Part shown: positions 11,926 to 24,725 of the stretch, in pieces
Numbering within the stretch: position 1 is the first letter of the stretch
Layout: each line of letters begins with the position of its first letter
DNA from: Octopus sinensis
Lineage: Eukaryota
NCBI RefSeq assembly: GCF_006345805.1
Contig: NC_043002.1
Span: forward strand, 76,942,001-77,006,000
Direction of reading: 5' to 3'
DNA: 64,000 nt
The notes under the pieces: model-generated
Told to the model about the DNA's origin: nothing
Seen by the model: only the letters and a program-made list of their open reading frames with translations
Databases searched by the model: none
Position numbers and translations under genes: made by a program

Positions 11926-11950
11926 ATTACTTTGGCTTGAAACCAAATTA

Positions 11951-12450
11951 TGCCAGTCATCGAATTTGATTTAAACTTGAAATCGAAATCAAATTCGATG
12001 ATTGGCATCCGTGCTTGTGGAGCGCTAAGAGCACCATCCGAGTGTGATTGCTGCCAGAGCAACAAACTGGCTTCTATGCTGGTGGCACGTAAAAAGCACC
12101 ATTTGAGCACGATCATTACCAGCATTGCCTTACTGGCACGTGAAAAAAATATTTGAGCGAGGTCATTGCAAGTGCCGCTGGACTGGCTCCTGTGTAGGTG
12201 GTATGTAAAAAACACCATTTGAGTGCGGTCGTTGCTAGTACTGCCTGACTGGCCTTCATGCCTGTGGCACATAAAAGCACCTACTACACTCTCGGAGTGG
12301 TTGGCATTAGGAAGGGCATCCAACTGTGGAAACTCTGCCAGATCAGATTGGAGCCTGGTACAGCCATCTGGTTCGCCAGTTCTCAGTCAAATCGTCCAAC
12401 CCATACTAGTATAGAAAGCGGATGTTAAACGATGATGATGAGGAGGATGA
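11951..12450 (+). mobile_element. RTE 3'-tail element with degenerate internal ~55-60-bp modules and a 5' hairpin
   Basis: Several GCAC(G/A)TAAAAAGCACC modules, family C tail, (GAT)n; 22-bp inverted repeat at the 5' end. Confidence 0.8.
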
Positions 12451-13083
12451 CAAAAACAAGAAGTTAAAGGCTTCATGTATTTTTTTAAAGAATATGGACA
12501 CATGAATTGAAGTTATTTATATTAGGAATCAAGACAAAGATGTAGATTTTATTTGATGAGGAATTAAGAATATTTTACCAAAATAAAGACAACAAAAAGA
12601 ATAACATCAATTATTGTTTCTTTACCTCTATATGACATTTTTCTTTTTTTTTTTTTTTGGCAGTTGCATAGCTCCCATCATATGTCTTTGTCAATTGACA
12701 GGGAGCAAATAAAAAGGTCAAATGTTTGACAACTTATATTTAATTAATTGTGATAGAAATTTAAGTGTTTAGCACACCAAACATACAATTTAGTTTTTAT
12801 TTAAAGATGCAATGTATATCGTTGCTATTATGCAAAAGTGTCATAAGTCCAATAAGTTGCTTTTTCAGAAAATGATAAAATAGTTTCACCATTCCATAGC
12901 AAAATTATTGTACTGGACTCTGACAATTTTTGATATCTTGGCATCTGAAGCTGCTGGTGATATGATAGTTTAACCAAAAGAACCGGCTATTGCAAGCAAA
13001 AATAAATATTGAAAAAAACGCATTTAGCTCAATTTGGACATACGACAATTTAATATAATAGCAACAAATTTATTTTACTTGTG

Positions 13084-13412
13084 AAAGTGCATGATTCAGC
13101 GGTTAGAGCACTGGGCTCACAACCATGAGGTGTGAGTTTGATTCCCAAACTGTGCTGTGTGTTGCGTTCTTGTGCAAGACGCTTAATTTCACATTGCTCC
13201 AGTTCACTCAGCTGTAGAAAGAGGTGCGACATCACTAGTGCCAAGATGTATCAGCCTTTGACTTTCCCTTGGATAACATCGGTGGTATGGGGAGGGGAGG
13301 CTGGTATTCAGGGGTGATTGCTGGTCTTCCATAAACATCCTTGCCTGGAGTTGTGCCTTGGGAGGTAACTTTCTAAGTGCAATCCCATGGTCATTTATGA
13401 CCGAAGGGGATC
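13084..13412 (+). mobile_element. tRNA-derived SINE (family H)
   Basis: Box A-like CAGCGGTTAGAGC, box B-like GAGTTTGATTCCC, then TTCTTGTGCAAGACGCTT...TTGCTCCAGTTCACTCAGCTG central domain. Confidence 0.7.
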
Positions 13413-13539
13413 TTTTGCTTGCAACCACATGATTTCAAGTTCCATCCCATTATGTAACATCTTGGGCTTCTACTATAGCCCTGAGCCAACCAAAGCCTTG
13501 TGAGTAGATCTAGTAAACTGAAAGAAGCTTGTTGTGCAT

Positions 13540-13581
<42 letters not shown>

Positions 13582-13599
13582 ATATATATGTGACCACAT

Positions 13600-13782
13600 G
13601 TGTACCGTTGGTGATTTTTTTCATCCGTCCTCCCTTCTTTGGATCTTTCCTTTTCCTATGTTTTTGATGAAGAGCTCTGCTCGAAACATTAAACCCTCCT
13701 TCTTTCCTTCTTTCCTGAGCGTCCAATAATACTATACTTGTTCCACGTCCTCGCGTTGTTGTGTTTTCATGTTTGGATTAAC

Positions 13783-13785
<3 letters not shown>
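13600..13785 (+). mobile_element. Penelope-like terminal-repeat fragment with a decayed hammerhead motif
   Basis: GTTT-TTGATGA-A-GAGC-TCT-GCTC-GAAAC-ATT-AAAC at 13660-13694 matches the minimal type I hammerhead layout typical of Penelope-like repeats, with two core-disrupting transitions. Confidence 0.6.
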
Positions 13786-13836
<51 letters not shown>

Positions 13837-13859
13837 TAGCATCTAGTGCTGGTATGAGA

Positions 13860-14170
13860 TTGCACCAGTGTGCCCATGTGGGAAAGGCATGCATGAATTA
13901 CTGGAATTTCATTTCAGATGACCAGTTTCAATGCAATGTCTGTCCAAAGGCCTGCAAGTTACTTGAAGGATTGAAACAGTATTTGAAGAATCATAATAAA
14001 CTAGCACAAATGAACCCAATGCTGAAATGAGACAGTGCTGCAATATCTGTGATCAGCTCTTCAAATGCCTTTCAGAGCTCAAATGTCATAAGATCTCATG
14101 CTAGGAAAGAGCAATTATAGGTACAAAAAGAGTTCAATCCCTGCAAGGAGCAGATAGCCACCATGCCACT
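13860..14170 (+). pseudogene. Decayed C2H2-type zinc-finger coding relic, probably a LINE ORF2 C-terminus
   Basis: QFQCNVCPKACKLLEGLKQYLKNH (from 13923) and, after a stop and frameshift, CNICDQLFKCLSELKCHKISC* (14039-14104). Confidence 0.55.
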
Positions 14171-14171
14171 G

Positions 14172-14216
<45 letters not shown>

Positions 14217-14233
14217 ATGTATATATATATATA

Positions 14234-15102
14234 CAGGGTGTGGTGAATAAACTGTCGTCTAAATTACACAAAAATGAAAATAACACTGACACCTCATTTT
14301 AACATATATTTACCAAAATTACATAAAAATATCTTGAAATACTGAACAATGAATTTATTCAATAAAATTGCCGTTAGCTTCAACCACAGTCTCAAAACGA
14401 CTTGAATCTCCTGCAACTCTTCTGGACGGTTTCTTTGTTTAAGTTGGTGAATGCTGCCATAATCATTGCCTTCAGTTCATCTTTGGTGTTACAAGGAGTT
14501 TTGTTGGTCTCTCACTCAACTGTGAGAGACCAACATAATAATCAAGTGGTTTACAGTCTGGGGAGTTAAGTGGCCAGAGGTTTGGGGTGATGTGGTCATA
14601 GAAATTATCTGACAGCCATGACTGAGTTCTCCTGCTTGTGTGGCACAGTGCAGAGTCCTGTTGGCAGACCCAAGGCCTTCTAGCAGCCACCCTCTTGACC
14701 CAGAGCAGCACTACCTCTTCTAGGCACTTGATGTAGGCTTCTGTGTTGAGTCTGAAGCCGTGTGGGAAAATGAATGGAGGCATAATATTGCCATCACTAG
14801 TGATCACTCCAAACACCATGAAGTTGACAAGATGTTTGATTTTTATCACACTTGGTACATGTCCTCAGATTGACACCCAAACACTCTGAAATATTCACAC
14901 TGGAGCTTCCAGCACGAAAACCAAGCAGTACAGCATGTCGTTTCCAAATTTCTGGAAGAACAAATTGTGTCATGGTTGTTTTTCTTACAGACAGTGCCCA
15001 ACTGACTCTACAATACTGTGTAGTCAACAAAATCAAAAAGGAACAATGCGTATGTGTGAAATTAAAAATATGAAATGGCGGCAATTTACCCATTGCATCA
15101 TA
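14234..15102 (-). mobile_element. Internally deleted Tc1/mariner maT (DD37D) transposon
   Basis: TA|CAGGGTGTGGTGAATAAACTGTCGTC TIR with a decayed partner at 15077-15102. QQD-SALCHTS...WPLNSPDCKPL-DYY has 37 residues between the aspartates. The N-terminus MTQFVLPEIWKRHAVLLG is fused directly to the core. Confidence 0.9.
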
Positions 15103-15180
<78 letters not shown>

Positions 15181-16430
15181 TGTGTTTGTGTGTATATATA
15201 TATATGTAGATACATACATACATGCATACATACATGCATACATACATACATACATACATAGATACATACATACATATATATATATATGAACAAAGCCAAA
15301 CATACATACATGAGGTGTGTGTGTTGTTAGTTTATCAGGCAGGTGCAAGGGCGTTGAGAATATATTCTCTTACACCTAAAAAATGCTGCCGCCTGACAAA
15401 TTAACAACACAAACACACACATTATATATGTGTGTTTGGTTTTGTTTATATACCTCGAACGGCTTCTAATTCATATTTGAAGATATATATATATATATAT
15501 ATACAGATAGATAGATAGATAGATAGATAGGTAGATAGATAGATAGGTAGGTAGATAGATATGTATATATATTTGTGTTTGTGTCTTCATCATACTAGTA
15601 GTACTATTTGTTTACAATCTTCTTTAAAATATCTTTGGCCTTTGTACTGTTCATTTTGAAGGATTATAGGAAACAGGTGAGGGTTAGTGACAGGAAGAGC
15701 ATCTGGCCATAGAAAATATACCTCAACAAATTTTGTCTGGCCCATTCAAGCATGGAAAAGTAGATTTTAAAACGATAGTGATGATGGTCTGTAGATGCCC
15801 TGAGCGATAGATGTGCACATTAAAATATCACACCCCTTCTCATTTACAAACTTGTGAATTGTTTATACAAAAAGCAAAAAATCCAGTATTTATTTTATTT
15901 GCTTCTTTTTACATAGAGTCAAAAAAGTTTACTAGCCTCAGCAAATTTTAATTTCAAGTCTTGGAAGGTAGGCCTAAATCAGTTCAAAGGAGGCTTCCAA
16001 GCATTTGTTTATTCTATTAGAAATAGTAGACAAATTCTCCTTCGCTCACAGCTTGCTTACCATCTTAAACAAGGAATAACACAATGGATAATGTAGTTCT
16101 AAGATGGGATGGTCGCAGCTAGTAAACAGTTAATCATAAGTCTACTTTATCAGGGCAGACCAGGAGCCAAACAGCAACAACCACAAAATCATTTGGCACC
16201 TTTAACACCTTCAGCAGAATTCACTTTGTTGCAAGCTTTTTCTATAGATATCAGCATTTTCTGGCAGGACATCAGCTGCAACACTCACACCAGTTTGGTA
16301 GAATCTGTAAACATTATGGTATTGCTCCTCTTCTGTTGAGATACGTATTAAAAATGCTTATCAGCAGAAGCACCATCTTCTAAGCATTGTTTTTTTTTTT
16401 CATTATTTACTCTTTCTATCTTCACTTGTA

Positions 16431-16690
16431 GAGACATGTGGCTTGGTGGTTGAGGTGTTGGACTCATGATCGTAAGATTATGGTTTCAGTTTCTCAGCTG
16501 GGCAATGCATAGTTTCTTGAGCAAAGCACTTCATTTCTCATTGCTCCAGTCCACTCAGCTAGTAAAAGTGAGTAGTCCTGTGACAGACTGGCATCCCATC
16601 CAGGAGTGTGTGCATGTCTGGGAGTATATACACCATAATAACCAGGAAATTGATGCTATGAGCCTATATGACTCAGGAAGGACCCTTCTC
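16431..16690 (+). mobile_element. Old tRNA-derived SINE (V-SINE-like)
   Basis: TGGCTTGGTGGTTGAGG head, TTCTTGAGCAAAGCACTT, CCTGTGACAGACTGGCATCCCATCCAGG. Confidence 0.6.
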
Positions 16691-16897
16691 CTTTTTTTTT
16701 AATCTTCGCTCACCACTGTCTCTATATCCTTTATACATTAGTCAATATTCAATATCCCAAAATAATAAATCTAAAAAAAAGCACACAAAAAGCAAATAAA
16801 AAACAAACTATTCTAATATAATATTTGGCATATTTTCAACAAGGAAATGAATGCATTTACACACATGCATATACAAGCATACATACACATGTGCATG

Positions 16898-16938
<41 letters not shown>

Positions 16939-18071
16939 GTATGTATATACATATTAGTAGAATGCTAGGAAATTCAAAATGGGAAGGAAAAAAAATTTCA
17001 TTCAAGCGAGAGGTGGGGTACCTTGTCTAGGTATTTATGAAGGTAAGCTGAATCTACATATATGGCACCTACCGTACATATATTTAATCTATTTCCTGAT
17101 TTAATGCCACCACCTGGCCTTTGGGTGCCTTTAGTGGAGTACACACTGTTGCATGTATTTGAATCAGGTCTTCTATTTGAGAATAATTTTCTCACTCCCT
17201 CTCTTCCCCCACCACTTGTCCTTTCCTCTTGACTAAGTAAAAAAACAGAAAGGAAGAAAAATGCCTGTCATGAAACATTAACGAGTTCATAATTGCTCAC
17301 TTTAAATGTTATTACTATGCAATCTAGGAGGAGGAAGGCAGGAAGTCCCAATTAAGAATCCCATGTATAAAAGACATTGATAAATATCATGCCTTGGCAT
17401 GTGCAGGTGATGGCACCATAAAATCATATTAAACACAACATAGCACACGAGGAATATATTCCTTCAGGGCATCAATTCTTGACAAGATGCAATATAATTA
17501 TGAGAGAACAATCTGAAAAATGAAGTGTTCTAAAAAAGAGAGAATAAAAAAGACTTCTGTTATAATAAATATAGAAGAAAAAACCCCAAATTGTCAGATC
17601 TTCTTAGCAGTATTAACACAATCTTAAAATACCATGAACAAATCCCACCATCTAATTCAGTGTCAATTGATCTAACGTCATTATTTGGTTGCTCAGAATG
17701 GAAACAGTTGCGCATTTAGGGTTAATTGTAGGTTGTGATAGCAAGGAAAGTAGATCACCTGCAGAGTCTCAATGAAGGAATTTGCATCACTGCTATCTAA
17801 TCATGACTAGCAGATTACATGGCAAACTGCTTGAAATAAAGCATGGCTGAATGTGGATTCTCAGAAAATGAAGGTAGCTGAATAATTCGGGATATTCAAA
17901 ATAATGATAAAATTCTGCAAATTCTTTTGATATTCATAGAAATAAAATCCGGCTAGTAGGTGGGTGATTTAAAAACGCAGCACTATAATTCCACTCACTT
18001 CACACCAGGAACAGACAACCATATACTAATATACTAATGTGTATGTTTACTGACACTTTCTCTTTCTCCCT

Positions 18072-18345
18072 CACACACACACACACACACACACACGTAT
18101 ATGTGCTATGTGTATCTAGAACAGTGATTCTTAACCTGGGTGGTAGTATTCCTTTAGTGGCATAGTAAGCTCTTGAGGAGGTGGTAAATGTCAAAGTGGA
18201 CTATGGTGGTGGGGTGTTGAATGCTTTGAGGGAGTTAGGATTTCTCTTAGAAATAAAATATTTAAACCAATAATAAAGTATTTAAATTTAATATTTATAT
18301 TCTAATTCTGACAAAGTTTTTTTCTTTTTTGAAAATGTATCTAAA
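18072..18345 (+). repeat. hAT-MITE end plus flank; arm 1 of an inverted duplication (partner 24423-24699)
   Basis: TIR CAGTGATTCTTAACC starts at 18122 after TCTAGAA; 12 substitutions in ~224 bp versus the partner; the 25-bp outside flank is identical. Confidence 0.9.
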
Positions 18346-18378
18346 ATATGAATTTTCAAAAAAATTTAACAGAGGAAC

Positions 18379-18830
18379 AGGCGTGGTTCTGTGGTAAGAA
18401 GTTAGCTTCCCAACCACATGGTTCCGGGTTCAGTCTCCACTGTGTTGCACCTTGGACAAGTGTCTTCTACTATAGCCCCAAGCTGACCAAAGCCTTGTGG
18501 GTGAATTTGGTATACAGAAAATGAAAGAAGCCTATCATATGAGTGTGTGTATGTGTGTATGAGTGTGTGTATGTATGTGTGTGTGTGCACGCATGCATGT
18601 GTGTTTGTCCCCCACCACTGCTTGACAACTGGTGTTGAAGTGTTTACATCCTTATAACTTAGCAGTTCAGCAAAGGGGACTAATAGAATAAGTATCAGGC
18701 TTTACAAAAAAAAAATAAATGAAAAAAATGGCAAGTACTGGGAACGACTTGTTCCACTAAAAATTCTTTAAGGCAGTGCCCCAACATGTCTGCAGTCTAA
18801 TGACTGAAACAAGTAAAAGATAAAAGATAA
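18379..18830 (+). mobile_element. SINE family A
   Basis: Colinear with 4075-4483. Confidence 0.88.
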
Positions 18831-19442
18831 GGGCTTTGGTCCCAACAATAATTTAAAAGGAGTCTTGTGCTGGATTGGGATGGTATAAGAATGTACAGTT
18901 AATTATTGATTTGATTTAAGCCCTTCACTCTCTATGGAGACAACATTTTCTCTACTGTTCTCAACACTGGGGCTGTCTTTGGTGCTTTGCTGAGGGAAAG
19001 GCTTATGAGGAGCTTATGCTCCACTGGCATAACTTTCAGGGTCACTAAGGCATTCAAGCCACCACACTGCAAGAAAGACTGAGGAGTTGATTATCAGCTG
19101 CATAAATTTAACAACTTCTGTTTGATTAAAATAATCAAATGAGAAATGAAGTGGGTGCTGACCCACAACAGGTTAAGAAGCATGAATCTAGTATGTTTAA
19201 TCTTTGAGCATTCAGATTACTCTGCCAAATGTAATATTTATTGACTTACATTGAGGATCTACAAATGTTGGAACTCACAGGAGGGGGGTGACAGGGGACT
19301 GAGACTCTTGGTAGTTTGTGAAGCTTGACAAGACATGCTAAGCTAAGTAAAGCATGGTTACCTTTGCATCCACACTCATCCCTTGCACCTCTCTCCAGCT
19401 GAGCAGCCCCTGTTCCTGCTGGCTAGTAAGTGCTGGTTCCAC

Positions 19443-19770
19443 CCTCACAACATCATAAGTGGAAAGTGTAACCTCTCAAAAGAGCTGTTCTTCACTCCTG
19501 CTCCAGAGTGTCGGCTGCGGGGTCACTCCGAAAAGCTATATCTGCAATGATTTTATCTCAATCGAAGGAGAGGGGCTTTCTCCGTCCGGGTTGTGGATCC
19601 GTGGAATAAGCTGCCGGACGAGATAGTGAAGATGCTGATGACCGCTCAGTTCAAAGACTCTCTTGACCAAAAATGGCCTGAACTCTTTGCATGAACACAC
19701 TCCCTGTACATAACTCCATGTCCCCCTACATGGCCTTGCTTTTGCTGTTTGAGCCAAAAAATTAACTTAA
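19443..19770 (+). mobile_element. CR1-clade LINE 3' end
   Basis: 19446-19694 reads HNIISGKCNLSKELFFTPAPECRLRGHSEKLYLQ*FYLNRRRGAFSVRVVDPWNKLPDEIVKMLMTAQFKDSLDQKWPELFA* (LRGH and FSxRVVxxWNxLP signatures). Confidence 0.88.
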
Positions 19771-19980
19771 CATAAAAAGCACCAGCACCAGCACCAGTGC
19801 TGCATAAAAGCACCTAATACACACTGTAAAGTGGCTGACATTAGGAAAGGCATCCAGCCATAGAAACCATGCCAAAACAGACCTGAAGCCTGAACAGCCC
19901 TTCAGCTGGTCAGCTTCTGTCAAACTGTCCAACCCATGCCAGCATGGAGAATGGACATTAAATGATGATGATGATGTTGA
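19771..19980 (+). mobile_element. Family C (RTE) tail, old
   Basis: TTAGGAAAGGCATCCAGCCATAGAAAC...CCAACCCATGCCAGCATGGAGAATGGACATTAAATGATGATG. Confidence 0.8.
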
Positions 19981-20335
19981 TTGTTTTGAATTAATCATGC
20001 ATTACCTTGTAGCTTTGAGATTTTGATAATGTGATTGTTTATTTTTAGAATGACATTGTGTAAGGTAAATGTGAGAGGCTGTATCTGACTGGTTTGAACA
20101 TAAAACTGGTAGAATATTAGGGCCTCATATGGCTGGTTTAAATGCTAAATGGTCAAAACTACTTCCTACTTTTTATAATTCACTTTATTAGAATCTTACT
20201 TTTAAGCTTAAAGTATAAGAGCCTTCTTCTTCCCTCACTTCATTCAATTACATGAGTCAAGGAGAAAGCCTCAGGATGGTGGCTCAGACTGCTAGAAATC
20301 ACAACCAAATCCACCTCAAACATCCTCTTTTAGTC

Positions 20336-20715
20336 TTATGCTCTTTTACTTGTTTCAGTCATTTGACTGTGGCCATGCTGAAGCACCATCTTTAGTTGAG
20401 CAAATCGACCCCAGGACTTATTCTTTGTAAGCCTAGTACTTATTCTATCAGTTTCTTTTGTCAAACCACATCGGTTGTCAAGCAATGTTGTGGGGACAAA
20501 CACAGACACACAAACATATACACACACATACATATACATATACCGATATACGACAGGCTTCTTTCAGTTCCATCTAGCAAAATCCACTCACAAGGCTTTG
20601 GTCGGCCCGAGGTTATAGTAGAAGACACTTGCCCAAGGTGCCACGCAGTGGGATTGAACCCGGAACCATGTTGTTGGTAAGCAAGCAACTTATCACACAG
20701 CCACTCCTATGCCCT
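20336..20715 (-). mobile_element. SINE family A
   Basis: Reverse complement of family A. Confidence 0.9.
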
Positions 20716-21111
20716 ATCCTCTTTAAAAAAATTGCATTGAATAATGTAATCCAGAGTACTCTGTGCTTGATCTTAGATTTGTTTATTCAGGGAGAAGTTG
20801 GAACTAAATAAGATCAAGAACAACAACAGCTTCTGTATTTGGATAAAGTTTTAGTGGAAGTTTTTCAAAATATTAACCAAGCTGAAAAATTATTTTCATG
20901 GCATAAAATAGTTAGATTAAAAAATTAAGCTTCTCATAATAACGAGGAATTGAAATATATATAAAATTTTTTTATCAAAACAAAATTTATTAGTGAAATT
21001 TAAGTTGGAATTTATTTGATTTTGGGAGTTATTATCTCTTGTACAATTGTAATTTTAAATATATAAAGAGTATCCTCTAATAGCAAAAATGCATATGCAT
21101 GTATATGTGTG

Positions 21112-21300
<189 letters not shown>

Positions 21301-21468
21301 GTACTTTTATTTATATAGACACACATACACATTTATATATAGATATTTATATATGCATATGCACATGTATTCATAATACACACACACACGTGTGTTTATC
21401 TTTGTTGGGAGACACATTGTCTATGTGAGATAAGATACAAATAATTATACATGTAGGGGGAGTTTGTT

Positions 21469-21499
<31 letters not shown>

Positions 21500-22093
21500 A
21501 TGTGTACTAGTATTAGTCCATTTATTATAATTCTGTTCACATTTTGTATACTTTATAGGAATATTAAATTGACTGAATGCTTCATTAGTACTCTATCTTA
21601 TATTTATATGTGTATATAAAAAAAATTAAAAGGGAGAACAGAAAAATATTGATTTCTCTGTAGGCATAGTCAGAAGTTTTCCGAGAGGGAATGGGAAGTT
21701 TAATTGTCCCTTATCCATGACTGGTATTTATTTTATTGAAACAAGAAGGATGAAAGCAAAATTAACTTTCTTAGGATTTGAACTTGGAATAATAATACAA
21801 AATAACTAAATACTTCATACATTTTGTCTGCTGCTGTACTGACACTGCCAAAATATTAGTATTTACGATGCTGGAATTTGGAATTTGCAATGAATTAGTT
21901 GTTTATTGGCAGCAAAAAAAGTAATGGCAGCAGACTAGGATAGAATTTCTGATTATAGATCTGTTAAGATGCTTTATATATATGAATTTATTTACATATA
22001 TGCACATACACACAGATATACTCAAACACATACACATACATGTAGTCACACTCACATAGCCTCCTATCCCTCTTTCTTATACACGTAAATATG

Positions 22094-22129
<36 letters not shown>

Positions 22130-23124
22130 ACTGGTTTACATTTTTGTTGCGTGTGTAGGAGAAGTGTGGGTTTTGCAAACTGTGTATCACTTCTGCAGCT
22201 GGCTGATCGTTTTATTACCAAAAAGCTTAATCAAGAAACAGTGTAATACCTGTTTATAAGAAAGGGTGGAGTGAGACAAAAAGAGTGATTCCCCTTGTCT
22301 TGTAGCAGCACCATGCAACTGATGCTGCAAAATTCGACTTCATGATCAGATGGATACAACATAACAGTCAAACATTTTAACAACACAGTCAGTTTTATAT
22401 TATCATTAACACTGATATACAAAAGAGTAATATCTTAAATTAATGAATCAAATTATGAAACAGTTACAGTAAAGAAAAACAAGGCAAACTAAACTTGGAT
22501 GGAATGATATTTAGATTTTCACATGGTCATGAGAAATGCACATACTATATTTCTAATTGGCCATATCTGTATTTACTTGACCCAGCAATGAAAATAATTC
22601 CCTTTAGGTCTTTTTCAGTAGATTGGGATGTAGATGGAGGGATCTATTGCATTGTTAATTAATTCATTGAAACCATTCAGTTCCTCTTTCATTCCAAGTT
22701 TCCGAAAAGGGCTTCATAAGGATTATTTACACAATGAGACTAAATATACTAAATATACGGGAATATTATTGCATATTTAGTTATAATAACCGAAGCTGTG
22801 AGTTTTCAACCATTATGCAAATGAGTTATGCCTTAGTACATATTTGGTTATATTTTAATAAGTGGTCATATGCTACTATCACTCTGTATATTGGAAAGGG
22901 GAGATAAGAGCATTCTGATAGAGCATAAGTAAGAATGAAATTGCACAGTAAAGTTAAATTCTGATGCCACCCAGCTACTAAAAAGTTTTTAAGGGGCCTA
23001 TTTTTACAGTGAGATTGGTATTTCAGTTTTAATTTTAATCAAACAACTAAAGAACTGTGGAAGAAATACCCAGCAAAGAGAAGATAACTCTATTTTTGCT
23101 GACATAGAGGAAGGTTTAATTCAC

Positions 23125-23900
23125 ATCTACTACATATGTGGGAAATTTTGTCTGTGGGTGTGTTTGTGGAGTTGTTAGCTAACTCCTCCTACATTGTTTT
23201 ATCGATTTTGATGAAACTTGACACATGAGTAGAACTCATGTCTGGAAACCTCATGGCATGCTCAGATTATTGAAAAAAAATCGATAATATGGCCCCTGGA
23301 AGGAATTCTCATATATAGCCAAGAGAAATAACCCATTCATTTTCCTAAATATTTGGTAAAAATGAATTTGTGTATGCTTATCTCTTAGTATTTGAACTGT
23401 TAGAGTTATTTTCACAATTTATCAAGTACAACCCTTAAACAAGTAAATAGTATTTTCCTAGACAATAGATCCACTTATTCTGGTTAGTGACCTATTCCCG
23501 AATAGACCAACACTAGTGTCCCTGAGGGTAATATTCCCTAGGAATGCACAAAAGCCCTTTTCAGAGTTATTTACTTGAATTATTATTATCTTTTATCTGA
23601 TTAGCCTGTTACTATGTAACATGCTTCCCGATTTTAGTATACATACCTTATTAGTATTTCCTCCTATGTTCTATATACTTTGGGAACGCATTAAAGCCCT
23701 TTTCAGAGCTACTTTATTTGAATTCTTACTATCGGGTAACTAATTTCATGTTATTACATAACTGACTTCACAATTTGGGTATTCATAACTTATTGGGAAT
23801 TCCTAAAACAAGATCCTGTGTAAGACAGTTCGGTATTCTCTGTAAATGCACAAAAGCAGTTTTAAGGGCTACATACTTTGTATTGTTATTAGATTAGCAA
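23125..23900 (+). mobile_element. Possible Helentron/DINE-like non-autonomous element with ~150-bp internal repeats
   Basis: TCTACTACATATGTGGGAAATTTTGTCTGT start and ATCGATTTTGATGAAACTTGACAC motif; degenerate AATGCACAAAAGC...CAGAG(T/C)TA units at ~23401, 23541, 23682 and 23842. Confidence 0.4.
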
Positions 23901-24183
23901 AATTTTAACAGGACTTAGGTGAAGAGTTTTTATGACTCTTCACTAAGATTATATGCTTACTCCTTTACTTGTTCCAGAAGCAAACATAAATGAGTTCAAC
24001 AATACAGCTCTTGAGACAACAAGGGAACATGAGTGTGATTGCTTGACATGCTAAAAATAGCAGCCAAATCTGACTGCAAACACACTCTACATAGAATGTA
24101 GTTTTGTACTGAGAGAAAATTACAAGCAAATAAGAACCTGTGTTGATACATCTAAGAAAAATAGTTTTTTATATTAAAAATTC

Positions 24184-24337
24184 ATAGGCGTAGGAGTGGC
24201 TGTGTGGTAAGTAGCTTGCTTACTAACCACATGATTTTGGGTTCAGTCCCTCTGCATGGCACTTTGGGCAAGTGTCTTCTACTACAGCCTCAGGCCGACC
24301 AAAGCCTTGTGAGAAGATTTGATAGATGGAAACTTCA
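24184..24337 (+). mobile_element. SINE family A, 5' part
   Basis: Head colinear with family A, truncated at GATGGAAAC. Confidence 0.85.
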
Positions 24338-24422
24338 GTAAAATTTACACCCTACAATTAACCTCTATTGAGTTCTCAGTTTCTTAGAGTGTTTAAATCC
24401 AAGTACAACTTGTGGGGGTGTG

Positions 24423-24699
24423 TTTAGATACATTTTCAAAAAAGAAAAAAACTTTGTCGGGATTAGAATATAAATATTGAATTTAAATACTTTATTATTG
24501 GTTTAAATATTTTATTTCTAAGCGAAATCCCAACTCCCTCAAAACATTCAACACACCACCACCATAACCCACTTTGACATTTACCACCTCCTCAAGAGCT
24601 TACCATTCCACTAAAGGAGTACTACCACCCAGGTTAAGAATCACTGTTCTAGATACACATAGCACATATACATGTGTGTATGTGTGTGTGTGTGTGTGT
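24423..24699 (-). repeat. Arm 2 of an inverted duplication (partner 18072-18345)
   Basis: Reverse complement of 18072-18345; TIR ends at 24646. Confidence 0.9.
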
Positions 24700-24725
24700 T
24701 GAGCTCTTGCAGTTTGCATCTATCC

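Larger units (their letters stand above)
19198..20155 (+). mobile_element. piggyBac-type MITE split by a nested ~730-bp insertion
   Basis: The left part TTAATCTTTGAGCATTCAGATTACTCTGCC...ACATTG resumes at ~19984 TTTTGAATTAATCATGC and ends GGTTTAAATGCTAAATGGTCAA; the consensus is recalled rather than derived here. Confidence 0.55.

Noticed and set aside
16170-16390. GC-balanced island with several open frames
   Set aside because: No coherent motif or consistent splice pair; it may be an old transposon fragment.
22575-22740. Minus-strand fragment MKEELNGFNELINNAIDPS
   Set aside because: Interrupted by stops in all frames; family not recognised.
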